From Octopus sinensis (Eukaryota): a stretch of DNA of 64,000 nucleotides. Position 1 is the first letter of the stretch; each line of letters begins with the position of its first letter. The notes under the pieces were generated by a model. It was not told the origin of the DNA and made no database searches. It saw only the letters and a program-made list of their open reading frames with translations. The position numbers and the translations under genes were made by a program. Below are positions 52,396 to 64,000 of the stretch, piece by piece. Where the stretch lies: contig NC_043007.1 in the NCBI RefSeq assembly GCF_006345805.1, positions 124,001-188,000 on the forward strand, written 5' to 3'.

Positions 52396-53589
52396 ATTCC
52401 TTGTGCCAAATTCAGTTATTGACATTGGTCGGTCTGGGACTTTAATAAAGCACATCCAAGATGTCACGGTGTAGGGTTGAACCTCAAACCACGTAGTTGC
52501 GAAGCGAACTTCTTAATCATACGACGACAAAATACTTTATCATCTTATCCCAATGTACTTGAATTTTTTCGGACAGTTTCTTAATTTCTAACAAGTTTCA
52601 TTCTAAACATTGTGGTTAATAATTGAATACCTAAATCAATTTTTATTAGAAAATGTTTCGAGTCGAATGTCTGGTAATATTTTCTAACGATTCTACTAAC
52701 TCTGCAACATTGCTCTCTCTGTTTCACATACACATACACTCTCCATCTTTCGCTCTCTCGCTCTGCTTCTGTGACTCTCTGTCTCTTCACTCTCTCTCAC
52801 TTGCTCATTCTCTGTCTCTCTCTGTCTATTCTCGTCGTAGTATTAAAAACAATTGTACGAAATTTAGGTAGAAGGCGAACTAGATTAAGCGGTTGAGGTT
52901 TGTTGATATCCTGCTGCTAAAACTCATAAACAATTCATGAGGAGGTAGCTTCGAACAAGAAAATACTAAAACAAATAAAAAATTACTAATGAATAACTAA
53001 GAAACGAAAGTAGTGACCCAAAGACCTTCGGGGCTTGGCTCAGAGTTCAGGGAATTATATGGAACATTAAGAAAACCGAAAAAAGAAGACGTCTTTGATT
53101 TATGCGATTCAAAAGTAAAATCGAATTTGCACTAAAAAGTAACTATTTCTGTAATATTAGCATAGATGTAAGTTCCACTCGCAAACAGAAGTCTGAGATA
53201 CACATTGGGTTTCGTTCAGAACATATTGCCTTACAGAACTAACCACTGCTTCGATATGATACAGTGGAGATATGAAGAGAGAGATATCAGCAGTACAACA
53301 TGCATGGAAAGCATTTATAGAATAATTTTCGACGTCAGCAGAAAGAGACAAAACTGCATTACGAGAATAGTTGAAGTTATCGACTCTAGTATTTGACTGG
53401 CAGTTATCTTATCGAATCTATAAGGATGAAAGTCAAAGATGACATCAATGACACGCACAGCACAAAACCCAAAAAGAAACAAAAAACTTTTTAAGAACGC
53501 ATTTGCCTTCCGCTTTTTATATTACCAGCGCCAAACAACATATTCAATAATATGATTAAGTTATACACAATAATATAAACCAAAATATT

Positions 53590-53997
53590 ACTCTTTTACT
53601 CTTTTACTTGTTTCAGTCATTTGACTGCGGCCATGCTGGAGCACCTCTTTTAGTCGAGCAAATCTACCCCAAGACTTATTCTTTGTAAGCCTAGTACTTA
53701 TTCTATCGGGATCTTTTGCCGAACCGCTAAGTTATGGGGACGTAAACACACCAGCATCGGTTGTCAAGCAATGTTGGGGGGGGGACAAACACAGACACAC
53801 AAACACACACACATATACATATACATATATACGATGGGCTTCTTTCAGTTTCCATGTAACAAATCCACTCACAAGGCTTTGGTCGGCCCGAGGCTATAGT
53901 AGAAGACACTTGCCCAAGATGCCACGCAGTGGCACTGAACCCGGAACCATGTGGCTGGTAAGCAAGCTACTTACCACACAACCACTCCTGTGCCTAT
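53590..53997 (-). mobile_element. SINE group 1
   Basis: Homologous to 41716-42128. Confidence 0.9.
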
Positions 53998-54559
53998 ATT
54001 TAATTTATATACAAACGTTTCTTTGTATTTATTAATCAAATTATATCCAGGATTCAGACTTATGCATCCCTAGTTTTAAAAATACAAGGTGTTTGAGTGA
54101 TAGCTAAATTCACTGGATAGAACGGCAGTCGTTATTTTTATTTTTTATTCTGATGGAAAACCAGGTGGGAATTTTTTGCAACAGCGTGGACCCTGTGAAA
54201 GTTACCAACAGATCAATTGGTGCTTATATACCGGGTGGTGCGTTAAGTCTACCACCTAAGTAGTATTTGAACTCAGAGCGTAAAGTGCCGGAATAAATAG
54301 CACAAAGTATCCGGTCCGACGTTTTTACAGCTCCGCCAATCCATCGCCTTGCACTGATACCTTGTTTTAACAACCTCGAAAGGCAAAGTTGACCACGGTG
54401 GATGTTGAATTCATAGAACAGAAAATCGGAAGAAATACCGTGATGCATTCTATCCGGCGCTATGATGGCTGACAATACACCTGACAACACGGATTAACCA
54501 ACTGAAATCTTGTTTGTGGCAGCCTCCTTTTTATTACTTCTAACAATACACACCTCCGT

Positions 54560-54674
54560 CCACTGCGTGGAACCTTGGGCAAGTGTCTTCTAGTATAGCC
54601 TCGGGCCGACCAAAGCCTTGTGAGTGGACTTGGTAGACGGAAACTGAAAGAAGCCCGTCGTATATATGTGTGTG

Positions 54675-54721
<47 letters not shown>

Positions 54722-54908
54722 GAGCGTGTGTGTGTGTGTCTGTGTTTGTCCCTCGACATCGCCTGACAACCGATGCTGTTCGACAAAGGTGACCGATAGA
54801 ATAAGTACTAGACTTACAAAGAATAAATCCGGGGGTCGATTTGCTCGACTAAAACCGGTGCTCCATCATGGCCACAGTCAAATGACTGAAACACGTAAAA
54901 GAGTAAAA
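54560..54908 (+). mobile_element. SINE group 1, 5'-truncated
   Basis: cactgcgtggaaccttgggcaagtgtctt..aaaagagtaaaagagt. Confidence 0.88.
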
Positions 54909-57155
54909 GAGTTATACACTGAAGAAGTTTTTATGACAATGTGCCAACTCACAGGCACATTTCGCTTTTGCCATATTATTACTGCTATTGCTTCTTTGAA
55001 CTACTTAGTTACAAGTACTTTCACTTCGCCTAATGTCATTGATTACATCATCTTTATGCCCTTATTGATTTCTGCGTATTAATTATACACTAAACTTCTT
55101 ATATCCAGTTTCCTCAGGAATTGTCCTCAGAAATTCTCTTCCCGTTTTAGGTTCCTTCTGCACATGTCGTCTTACAGATGGTTAGGGAAAAAATATAGCA
55201 GTATGAAGCTCTCTATGTTACCAAAATTCACGAAAATTGATGGGCACCGAATTGTGTTCCATGAATAACTAAAGAAAAACCACTTATGTCACTGAAAGCT
55301 TAATCCATTTCGTTTATCAAGGAACTTTGCTGGCTTATGATCCAAACATCACCCACACGTTCCTTTGTTTCTCTCATCTTCACTTTCAGATAAGGGAAGA
55401 CACCAGAAACTTCCCATTGTTCACTTCTCAAAACGACAGAACATTCTGAAACCTTCCAGATGTCTTTTATAAATTAATTGTTGCAAACGCGCCCAATTTT
55501 CTCTTTTTATCGATGGTTCAGACAGTAATGTAACCCTGAAATATTCACAAGTAATTCATTTGTTTTCAATACTTATAGCAATTTCTCAAATAATATACAG
55601 AGAAATAGGCTCCATCCATGTCAAATTTCATAGTAGAATTCGAAACCGCGTGCTCATGTTTGAGTAAAGCAAACATATAACTTTATCCGTTTAATAAGGT
55701 ATCATGAAGACTGATATATATATTATATATATATATATTATATTATATATATATATATATATATGTTTCAAATTAGCAACGTTAGAATTTATCTACAATT
55801 TGTTCCTTATTACGCTCAGAGCTAAGCATTCATACGGAAACATAATAAAATTGTAAAGGCGTATGCTTTACTCAATGACATTAAACGCGTCAGGTATTTG
55901 ATTGTTATTTAGCTCCTGCTGAGTTTTGAATGAGTAGGCTTAAAATCAAAGATATTCCAACTGTGACCAATTCATCTCTCTATCAGGCAACTTCCCTTCT
56001 TTTCTTTGAAGTGCGAAGGGTAAAATGGCTTCGCTATATAATAAATCAAACCACCACATAGAATCTTCTGAAGTTAGTTTTATCCGGAAGACAAATCAAC
56101 CTGCGCCGCCAACTAAGGTTCTACTCCCGGAAAACACTGCTTGCCTGAATTTTAATCCAATATTCAGTCTTAGAAATGCATATATCTATCATTCGATTCT
56201 CGCCTACAACACGTTAGACATTTATACGATGGGAGAATGTTAGAAAAGTGAAAATTTCAGAGCCAACAGTCTGGATGTATTAAAAGCACGACTGTCCATT
56301 TAATACCAAATAGTGTAATAGCCAACTTGGCCAGCTAAAATCCTAAAATGGTTGCTAGGCAATAATGAATCTTTGAATAATTAACTTACTTATTCCGAAT
56401 GTGACCATTAGCACCGACAGCCTAATACTCAATGATATTCACCGTTATTTCAAACGTTGAAGGACAGTGCGGATAAAATGTCATTGCTTCAAGTAAAATA
56501 GACTGTCTAGTTTGTATAAACATTTAACTTTGCATCATATCAAATATATTGCTATAGATACAGACAATATTTAAGTGCAACTGACTAAAGCCTCCCAGTG
56601 GAATTGACTGGAAGTATTGGAATTTTAACTCTTTGTTACAGCAAATGATATTTTGATGAAAGTCGACCGAGAAAAATAATTATTTAATTTTCTCGGTTGA
56701 TACTATGCATTTTAAGCAAGCACGTAGCACGCATGCGTATACTCGCACAGCCACACAGAGCGTGCCTGCACAGGTATCCATAAAATAGAATCTGTATATT
56801 TTGATGACGACGCCATAAATGTATAATATACATATACATGGATATAAGCACACATGACGTCAGATGGATTTCATAAGCATTTAGATGTGTTTGGGATTGT
56901 TCGTCTATGCGTGAATGCGTGTATATGTATATATATATATATATATATTATATGCAAGTGAGCGAAGAAAAGTAAAAAAGAAAGGTAGCACTCAATGCCT
57001 CTAATGTCTGGAAAATATGACCTGCATTCACGATAATATGGAGCTGAGTCAAATTCTTTAAAATGAAATGTATATGAATGTGTTCATATATATATGTATG
57101 TATATATCTCTCTCTCTCTCTATATATATATATGTTGTTTATGTGTATGTATAAA

Positions 57156-57259
<104 letters not shown>

Positions 57260-57303
57260 TATGTGTGTATGTGTGTATGTATGTATACATAAAAGTCTTG
57301 AAA

Positions 57304-57347
57304 CCACCTGATGAATGTCAATAGAAGTGACAAGACGATCGTAGTGG
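57304..57347 (+). ncRNA. Minimal hammerhead motif with damaged GAAA
   Basis: ccac-CTGATGA-a-TGTCA atagaag TGACA-ag-ACGATCGT-A-gtgg. Confidence 0.55.
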
Positions 57348-57529
57348 ATATCTTAATTATATTTAATTTATATAAAATTTTTTATGTATTGGATTAAGTC
57401 TTTCTTTATTTGATTTGCATAATAGTGGTTTTGTCTCTAATTAATATTATATTATATTTTACTATAAAATTGGATTCAATCCTAATCTGATTTTTCCCCG
57501 TAAATTTGGATTTATTCCCTAATATTTAT

Positions 57530-57588
<59 letters not shown>

Positions 57589-57592
<4 letters not shown>

Positions 57593-57762
57593 ATCAAAAC
57601 AAGAAGCACAAAAAAACACAACAACACGAGGACGTGGAAAGAAGGAAAGAAGGAGGGTTTAACGTTTCGAGCGGAGCTCTTTGTCGGAAACATAGGAGAA
57701 GGAAGATCCAGAGCAGGGAAGACAGAGGAAAAAAATCGCCAACAGTACACACTAGGTCACAT
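57589..57762 (-). mobile_element. Family H-A copy 3 (motif 57657-57691, core CCGACAA)
   Basis: Homologous to 958-1170 with an internal deletion; (TA)n on both sides. Confidence 0.7.
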
Positions 57763-57763
57763 C

Positions 57764-57810
<47 letters not shown>

Positions 57811-58056
57811 TTATGGTATGTATATATATGTATATGTATGTATAATTATAAATAAGAGTATCTAAGAGATACCGTCATGCTTGAAATAGCAGTCAAGACC
57901 TGACTCTAAATCCACATCAAGTATTCAATACAGCAGAGTGGTATCTCTTAGATACCCTTATTTATAATTTTAATAATTATTATAACCGATATGGTCTTTC
58001 CCACCCCAAGCTGCCACTTGATTTGATCGCTATTTAATAACGATCTTTCCTCATGT

Positions 58057-58107
<51 letters not shown>

Positions 58108-58120
58108 ATATGTATTCGCC

Positions 58121-58292
58121 ATGATTGATCGCTAGCCACTAAATATTTTTTTCTTTATCTTTCTGAGTTCCTTCCTGTTGAAGAGCGTAGGTTCGAAACG
58201 TAAAAGACTTTCTCACTTCCCGAGCGTTAAACTAATACATCTGTTTGTTGTTTACACACCCGTCTTTCGGTTCTTGTTTGTTTGTAAATTCC

Positions 58293-58296
<4 letters not shown>
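58121..58296 (+). mobile_element. Family H-B unit (motif 58171-58206, core CUGUUGA)
   Basis: Homologous to 27763-27942; (TA)n on both sides. Confidence 0.7.
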
Positions 58297-58367
<71 letters not shown>

Positions 58368-58567
58368 TAGTTGGAATTTCTGTATCTCATCATTTTATCC
58401 TTCTCACAGCGTTTCATTTAGTACAATATTTCACATTTTATTTCTTATTCCTCCATGAAAAATTAATCGGTTATAACTCATAGTGAGAATTAGTGTCCAG
58501 TTCAAGTTCTGTTTTCAAGAATGGGCGTTTTTCTTGTCTGAGTTGCTCTTCAATATAAAAAGATAAA

Positions 58568-58772
58568 TTAGGTGGCAAGCTGGTTGAATCGTTAGCACTT
58601 CCGGGCAAAGTGCTTTGCGGCATTTTGTCTGTGTTCAATTTCCGCCGAGATGGACTTTGCCTTTGATATTTTCGGGGTCGATAAATTAAGCTCCAGCACG
58701 GCACTGGAGTCGATATAATCAATTTGTCCCCCATCCGAGATTGCTGGCCCTGTGCCAAAATTCGAAATCAGT
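58568..58772 (+). mobile_element. Older SINE group 2-like copy
   Basis: ggtggcaagctgg head; gactttgccttt..cggggtcgataaattaag body. Confidence 0.75.
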
Positions 58773-60814
58773 ATAAAACAATAAATAAATGAATAAATGG
58801 AACATAAATAAATGAATAAAATAAGTAAATCATAAAATAATTTATAGTCATGTATGGAGGACCATTACCGTTAGGTAGTGGCTGTGACACAGATAAAGAG
58901 GGGGTGTGGAATCTTAACTTATCAGTTGTGCCACATTTTGATTCTGGGCAATTTACGAAAATGGCCATCACTTAAATGACAATATAGGAAATAACCTCAA
59001 TTCGATCAGCTTAATGGACAATTAATATGTCGTCTGAAATACTGCGTAATTACGTTGTTTAGCGCTGAGAATTGCTTTATAATTACTGGAAAGAGAATTG
59101 ACCATACAGATATATGTCTTTTGTTAAAACACTATTGTATGAATAGGAAAAAAATAAGAAAGAATAGATTGTACTTCAGTTTTCTTAGAAGAACGAGAAT
59201 ATGTTTTAAGAGAACAACATATTTCTGTTAGTCATAATGAGGAATTGTGTACATCTATGCTGTGTTTGATTACTATTAACGTTTTATGATTAGTGTGAAA
59301 AAAACTATCATTAGACTATTATAGTTTCCTGAGTAAACACAATATCGACAGATTTGTGTTATAAATATTCGATATATAAAAGGACAGCAGATGTCGATAT
59401 TGTTAGAGCGCCGGACAAAATGTTTCGCAGCATTTAGTGAAGGCACTTTATTATCTTAGTTCAAATACCACCAGGATCAACATTGCTTTTCATCTTTCCG
59501 GAGTCGATAAAATAAAGTAACCATCAAGAACAGGAGGTCGATTATAAATGACTATATTATTTCTCCAAATTGAAGACCTTATGATTTTGAAGAAATCAAT
59601 ATTCAATAAATGTAACGTTGTTTGATCTGCAGTATCGCTAAGTCGTTAGACACGATACTAAGCGGTATTTACTTGCGAATCTTTACGCTCTGGTTTCTAA
59701 TCCAGCCGAAAACAATTTGCTTTTCATTTTCCAGGGTAGTTTTTAAAAAAGTATTAGAATCAAGTATTGGGGTATTAATATAATCGTAAGTTCCCTTTCC
59801 CAAAATTTGGAGCTGTATCCTCCTGATAGAAATCAGCATTCCACAGACCCGAAAACATGGCTGTGGGGTTAAGACGTTCACTATGCAAATACATCAGTTT
59901 TGGTTTAAGACCTATTTCGTGGTAGCTTCATAAGTGTCATCTACTAGAGCCCCAGGCTTACCCAAGCTTTGTGGGTGAATTAAGTTACGTACCCGCAACG
60001 TAACATTCCGCTAAAAAAAAAACTGCTTGAATAAGAATCAGATTTTAAAATGATAAGGACCGGGTTCGATTTATTCGACTAAACTCTTGAAGATGCTGCC
60101 CCAGCAGGTCGGGAGTCCCATGATTGAATGAAATAACAAAATAAAAGAATATTCATCTGCAAACTATTTGAGGATTTGATAATGTGTACAGTGGTTCACT
60201 GCAATTCCATTCTCTTGTTTCTCATTCATTCCGTCAGGGATATATATTTTTTAACAAGCTCAGTGGCTAATCGCTACACCAGCGCCTGTTCTGGCGTTGT
60301 TGTTTCTCTATATCGCTGATGGGGAGATGAGCTGCTGCTATCTCTAGCAGTCGCGCGTCTATCATTGAAGAAATCAAGGAAGGTCGAAATCACATGAACT
60401 TGTGGTCTCGGCGCTGGAAATCACGTGAACTTGTGGTCTCAGCGCATTTTGCATCAAGAGTGCATTTTGCATCAAACACCAACATGATATTTTGTCTCAT
60501 GATATCTACAGTGGTATAGTTTGTACTAACAGAATACCCACGTTTGAGTGAGGATAAATATGAATTTTAATGTAGTCGACTTCAGCTAACAGGATTTGGT
60601 GACTTGTGAAAAAGTTATGAAACTGTTTGTGCTAGAACGCTAACCAAGACATTGGATTTAAATATTTGGCATAGAGCCATCAGTTTTTGAAGGGAGTGGT
60701 AAGACCATTACGTAGACCCAAATAGTTGACTGGTACTTATTTTATCGACCCAGGAGGGATGAAAGGCAAAGTTGACATTTGCAGAATATGAACTCAGAAC
60801 GTAGCAACAAACAA

Positions 60815-61350
60815 TTGCCATATTCCGAACGCCTTACTTCCCTGGGCATGGATACATTGAAACTCCGACGTCTGGCAGCTGACTTGGCAGACACCCATAA
60901 AATTATTAACCATCTTACAAACAATAATTCTGAGCACCTGTTCAAACTCCACCTGTCTAACACCCGTGGACATGTTTACAAAGTCAGAAAACAGCACAGG
61001 TCTCATGACTTTCGGAAACATTTTTTCACGCTGAGAGTTGCTGAAGCATGGAACAAACTGCCGGCATCACTTGTTAGTTGTCGGAGCACTGCATCCTTCA
61101 AAACTTTCATGCTTCCTGAGATTCGCCAACATTACACCTGATTTTCTCCCCTCCATACACACGCAAGCATGTATCTGACTCATACACTGTTCACCTCCCA
61201 GACATTTGTACATTACTGCATATGCTTTATACGCACTTTTGACAAGTCGTGGTGCACCTGAGCACTGTATACAATAATTTCATTATTATCATTTTATTAT
61301 TATTATTATTATTTTATTATTATTATTATTATTTTTTTATTATTATTATT
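60815..61350 (+). mobile_element. CR1-clade LINE 3' end (ORF2 C-terminus, 3' UTR, (ATT)n tail)
   Basis: YSERLTSLGMDTLKLRR..DL..TRGH..RKHFFTLRVAEAWNKLP..S..SFK, the typical CR1 ORF2 C-terminal pattern; stop 61139-61141. Confidence 0.9.
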
Positions 61351-61619
61351 ATTTTCACGCTAAGAGTTGCTGAAGCATGGAACAAACTGCCCGCATCACT
61401 TGTTAGTTGTCAGAGCACTGCATCCTTCAAAACTTCCATGCTTCCTGAGATTCGCCAAACTACACCTGATTTTCTCCCCTCCATACACACGCAAGCATGT
61501 ATCTGACTCATACACTGTTCACTTTCCAGACATTTGTACATTACTGCATATGCTTTATACGCACTTTTGACAAGTTGTGGTGCACCTGAGCACTGTATAC
61601 AATAATTTCATTATTATTT
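61351..61619 (+). mobile_element. Second, shorter CR1 3' end in direct tandem
   Basis: Repeats 61023-61290 with about 8-9 differences. Confidence 0.9.
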
Positions 61620-62438
61620 AAAATAAAATGCGGCACAGCATTTTGCCTGATACGCTAACGCTTCTGCCAACCTTTACTCGACCAGAATATTATGACTGAC
61701 ATTAACTTAGCGACAAAGATTGCGCTTTATAAGTATCTAATCTAAACAGATATATGGGGAGAACAGCGATGTAATTACGGTGACTGTATTAAAGAATGAT
61801 AAATTATACATTATATAACTAAAGCTTTGAATTGGTCTTTCTGTATGAAAATTGTAATGAAAATATCCTGTATCTCTTAGTTGAATCCTGGTATTCATCT
61901 AAATATAATGTCAAAGATCAGTCAAACAAAGAATGGATATTTCTATCCAGGTTATTGACTATGTTTGAACATCACTGACATGTGGAGTAGATGGCGTAAA
62001 GCCATTCATGGAAAGACACAATGTACTATTTCACACTGCACTAAGTAGACCCGTTTCATATACGTAAGAATATCTGTTTATACTGGAAGCAGCATTCTTC
62101 GACAAGCAATTCCAAGGCACGACAATAATGACATATCTTGATTCTTATTTCAGCTGAACGAGAATACATTTTTCTTGAAATTTGTATTTCGTGTTAATTA
62201 GTAGTTGTCACAGTTAGCGACTTTGTCGTCAAGAAATATATAAGAGGCCGACTCGGTTAAATGTAGAAATCGTTGGCAATGAACAGCTTCTATCGGTAGA
62301 GAACAAAAGTTGGTAGACACAAGAACTTGTATTGGTGTTCCAATAGCACATTAATAGAATGGAAAGATTATAAATTGCGGTAGTAGTTGCTTTGCGCATT
62401 TCTCAATATGTTCACTAAAGGGTATCATTCTGTATTCT

Positions 62439-62672
62439 TAAGGCGGCGAGCTGGCAGAAACGTTAGCACGCCGGGCGAAATGCGTATCCATATTTCGTCT
62501 GCCGCTACGTTCTGAGTTCAAATTCCGCCGAGGTCGACTTTGCCTTTCATCCTTTCGGGGTCGATAAATAAAATACCAGTTATGCAATGGGGTCGATGTA
62601 ATCGATTTAATCCGTTTGTCTGTCCTTGTTTGTCCCCTCTGTGTTTAGCCCCTCGTGGGTAGTAAAGAAATA
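62439..62672 (+). mobile_element. SINE group 2, full length, 18-bp TSD
   Basis: TSD ggtatcattctgtattct at 62421-62438 and 62673-62690. Confidence 0.93.
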
Positions 62673-62961
62673 GGTATCATTCTGTATTCTGGGACAAAAG
62701 CGGTTTCTTTCAAATGATGTAATGTTATCATTAATCAGTTAAAGGAGTCGCTTGACACTGCCGTAAGGAATCGACGTACATCTTCGTTATTCACTTATAT
62801 TTTCTTCATCTACTTCGGAATCTTCACTTTAAGGTTGTTGCGATTCATCGGAATCAGTTTCTAGAGTAAATATATACATGCGTGTGTGTATGTGTTTATT
62901 TATCCATGTATATAACTATAAATATACATATATATACATATGTATATATGTACATATGAAT

Positions 62962-63065
<104 letters not shown>

Positions 63066-63310
63066 TATATATATATATATATATATAAACATATATATAT
63101 ATATATATATAAGCACACACACACATATATATATATATGTGTATGTATGTGTGTGTGTGCTTATATTTTTATCTCAACTATCCAAATACTATAAAATCAA
63201 CTTTATATAAAGTGTATGTCTGAACTATCAACCGTTAGATTGCGTTTTCTGTACACAAGTAATATTCTCTAGGTATTCCTCAATTTAAGGATTTACTCCA
63301 ACTGAATCTT

Positions 63311-63373
<63 letters not shown>

Positions 63374-64000
63374 GTATATGTCTGTGTGTATCTGTCTCTA
63401 TCTATATCTATCTTTTAATATACATGCATCTCCCCCACACATATATGTAACAAAACTTAAACAGCTAGGGATCTTCAAACAACTTTGGATGCCTCTATAT
63501 GATAATCGTTTCTATCTTTGATAAGAAATAAACAGGTATTTATTGCCTGAACATCACCGTATTCCACCAGTTTCCAATTATGCAGGTAATCATATTTGAA
63601 AACGGCAAAAAGTTCACAGATTTCCACGTAGATAACTACGTCAAAGCTATTCTCTCCTGCTTCACACTTTGATCTTTTGGATAAAGTGATATCAATAGCA
63701 AAAATACAAGAAAAAGGTATGAATATTCTTTAGTGTTAATATTATTTCGCATCATCAACAACTTAACAACTTTATTTATATTTTATTCGGATCGTGATTT
63801 CGAGGAAAATTCTATAGCCGTTCGCTTGATTTGATGTCTTCTTATAGATTAAAAAATGCCTCGAGATTTATCATGCAGCAGACAAATAGACGAATCTGTT
63901 GCTTTGATAAATGTTTCTAAGTTTAATATTTGCTTTATATTTATTATAATTGACATGTGAATTTAGCTTTGTAGACAATTTAGATTTGCTTTACAAAAAT

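Larger units (their letters stand above)
60683..61672 (-). mobile_element. Old SINE group 2-like copy split by CR1 insertion (60683-60814 and 61620-61672)
   Basis: gaactcagaacgtagcaacaaacaa | aatgcggcacagcattttgcctgatacgctaacgcttctgcc are contiguous in the consensus. Confidence 0.7.

Noticed and set aside
60386-60475. Short tandem duplications (29 bp and 14 bp)
   Set aside because: Ordinary slippage duplications with no further structure

Overview
AT-rich, microsatellite-saturated animal genomic DNA. The (TA)n/(TACA)n/(TCTA)n/(ATT)n load and the SINE families look like an octopus/coleoid cephalopod genome (inference from recalled repeat types, not from a search). Most ORF-track entries are microsatellite translations. 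Recognisable protein-coding remnants are transposon-derived: two decayed mariner transposases (8.0-9.3 kb), a 5'-truncated, frameshifted L1/Tx1 ORF2 embedded in (TCTA)n (30.1-32.0 kb), and a CR1 3' end with a tandem second copy (60.8-61.6 kb). There are three tRNA-derived SINE groups, several TIR/foldback elements and a 73/76-bp minisatellite. Main discoveries: (1) about a dozen minimal type I hammerhead-ribozyme motifs (Penelope-like/retrozyme type) from several unrelated short elements, one with a fully canonical core (20933-21016, minus), each family with its own palindromic helix III; (2) a candidate RFX/NF-Y promoter at 36.95 kb followed by phase-compatible exons of an unidentified gene, one of which forms a 24-bp exon-intron duplex with mismatched adenosines in two Tyr codons (ADAR-substrate or pre-miRNA-like); (3) retroelement families that each sit in a different microsatellite; (4) SINE multimers and modular SINE shuffling. 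No complete host gene could be identified.
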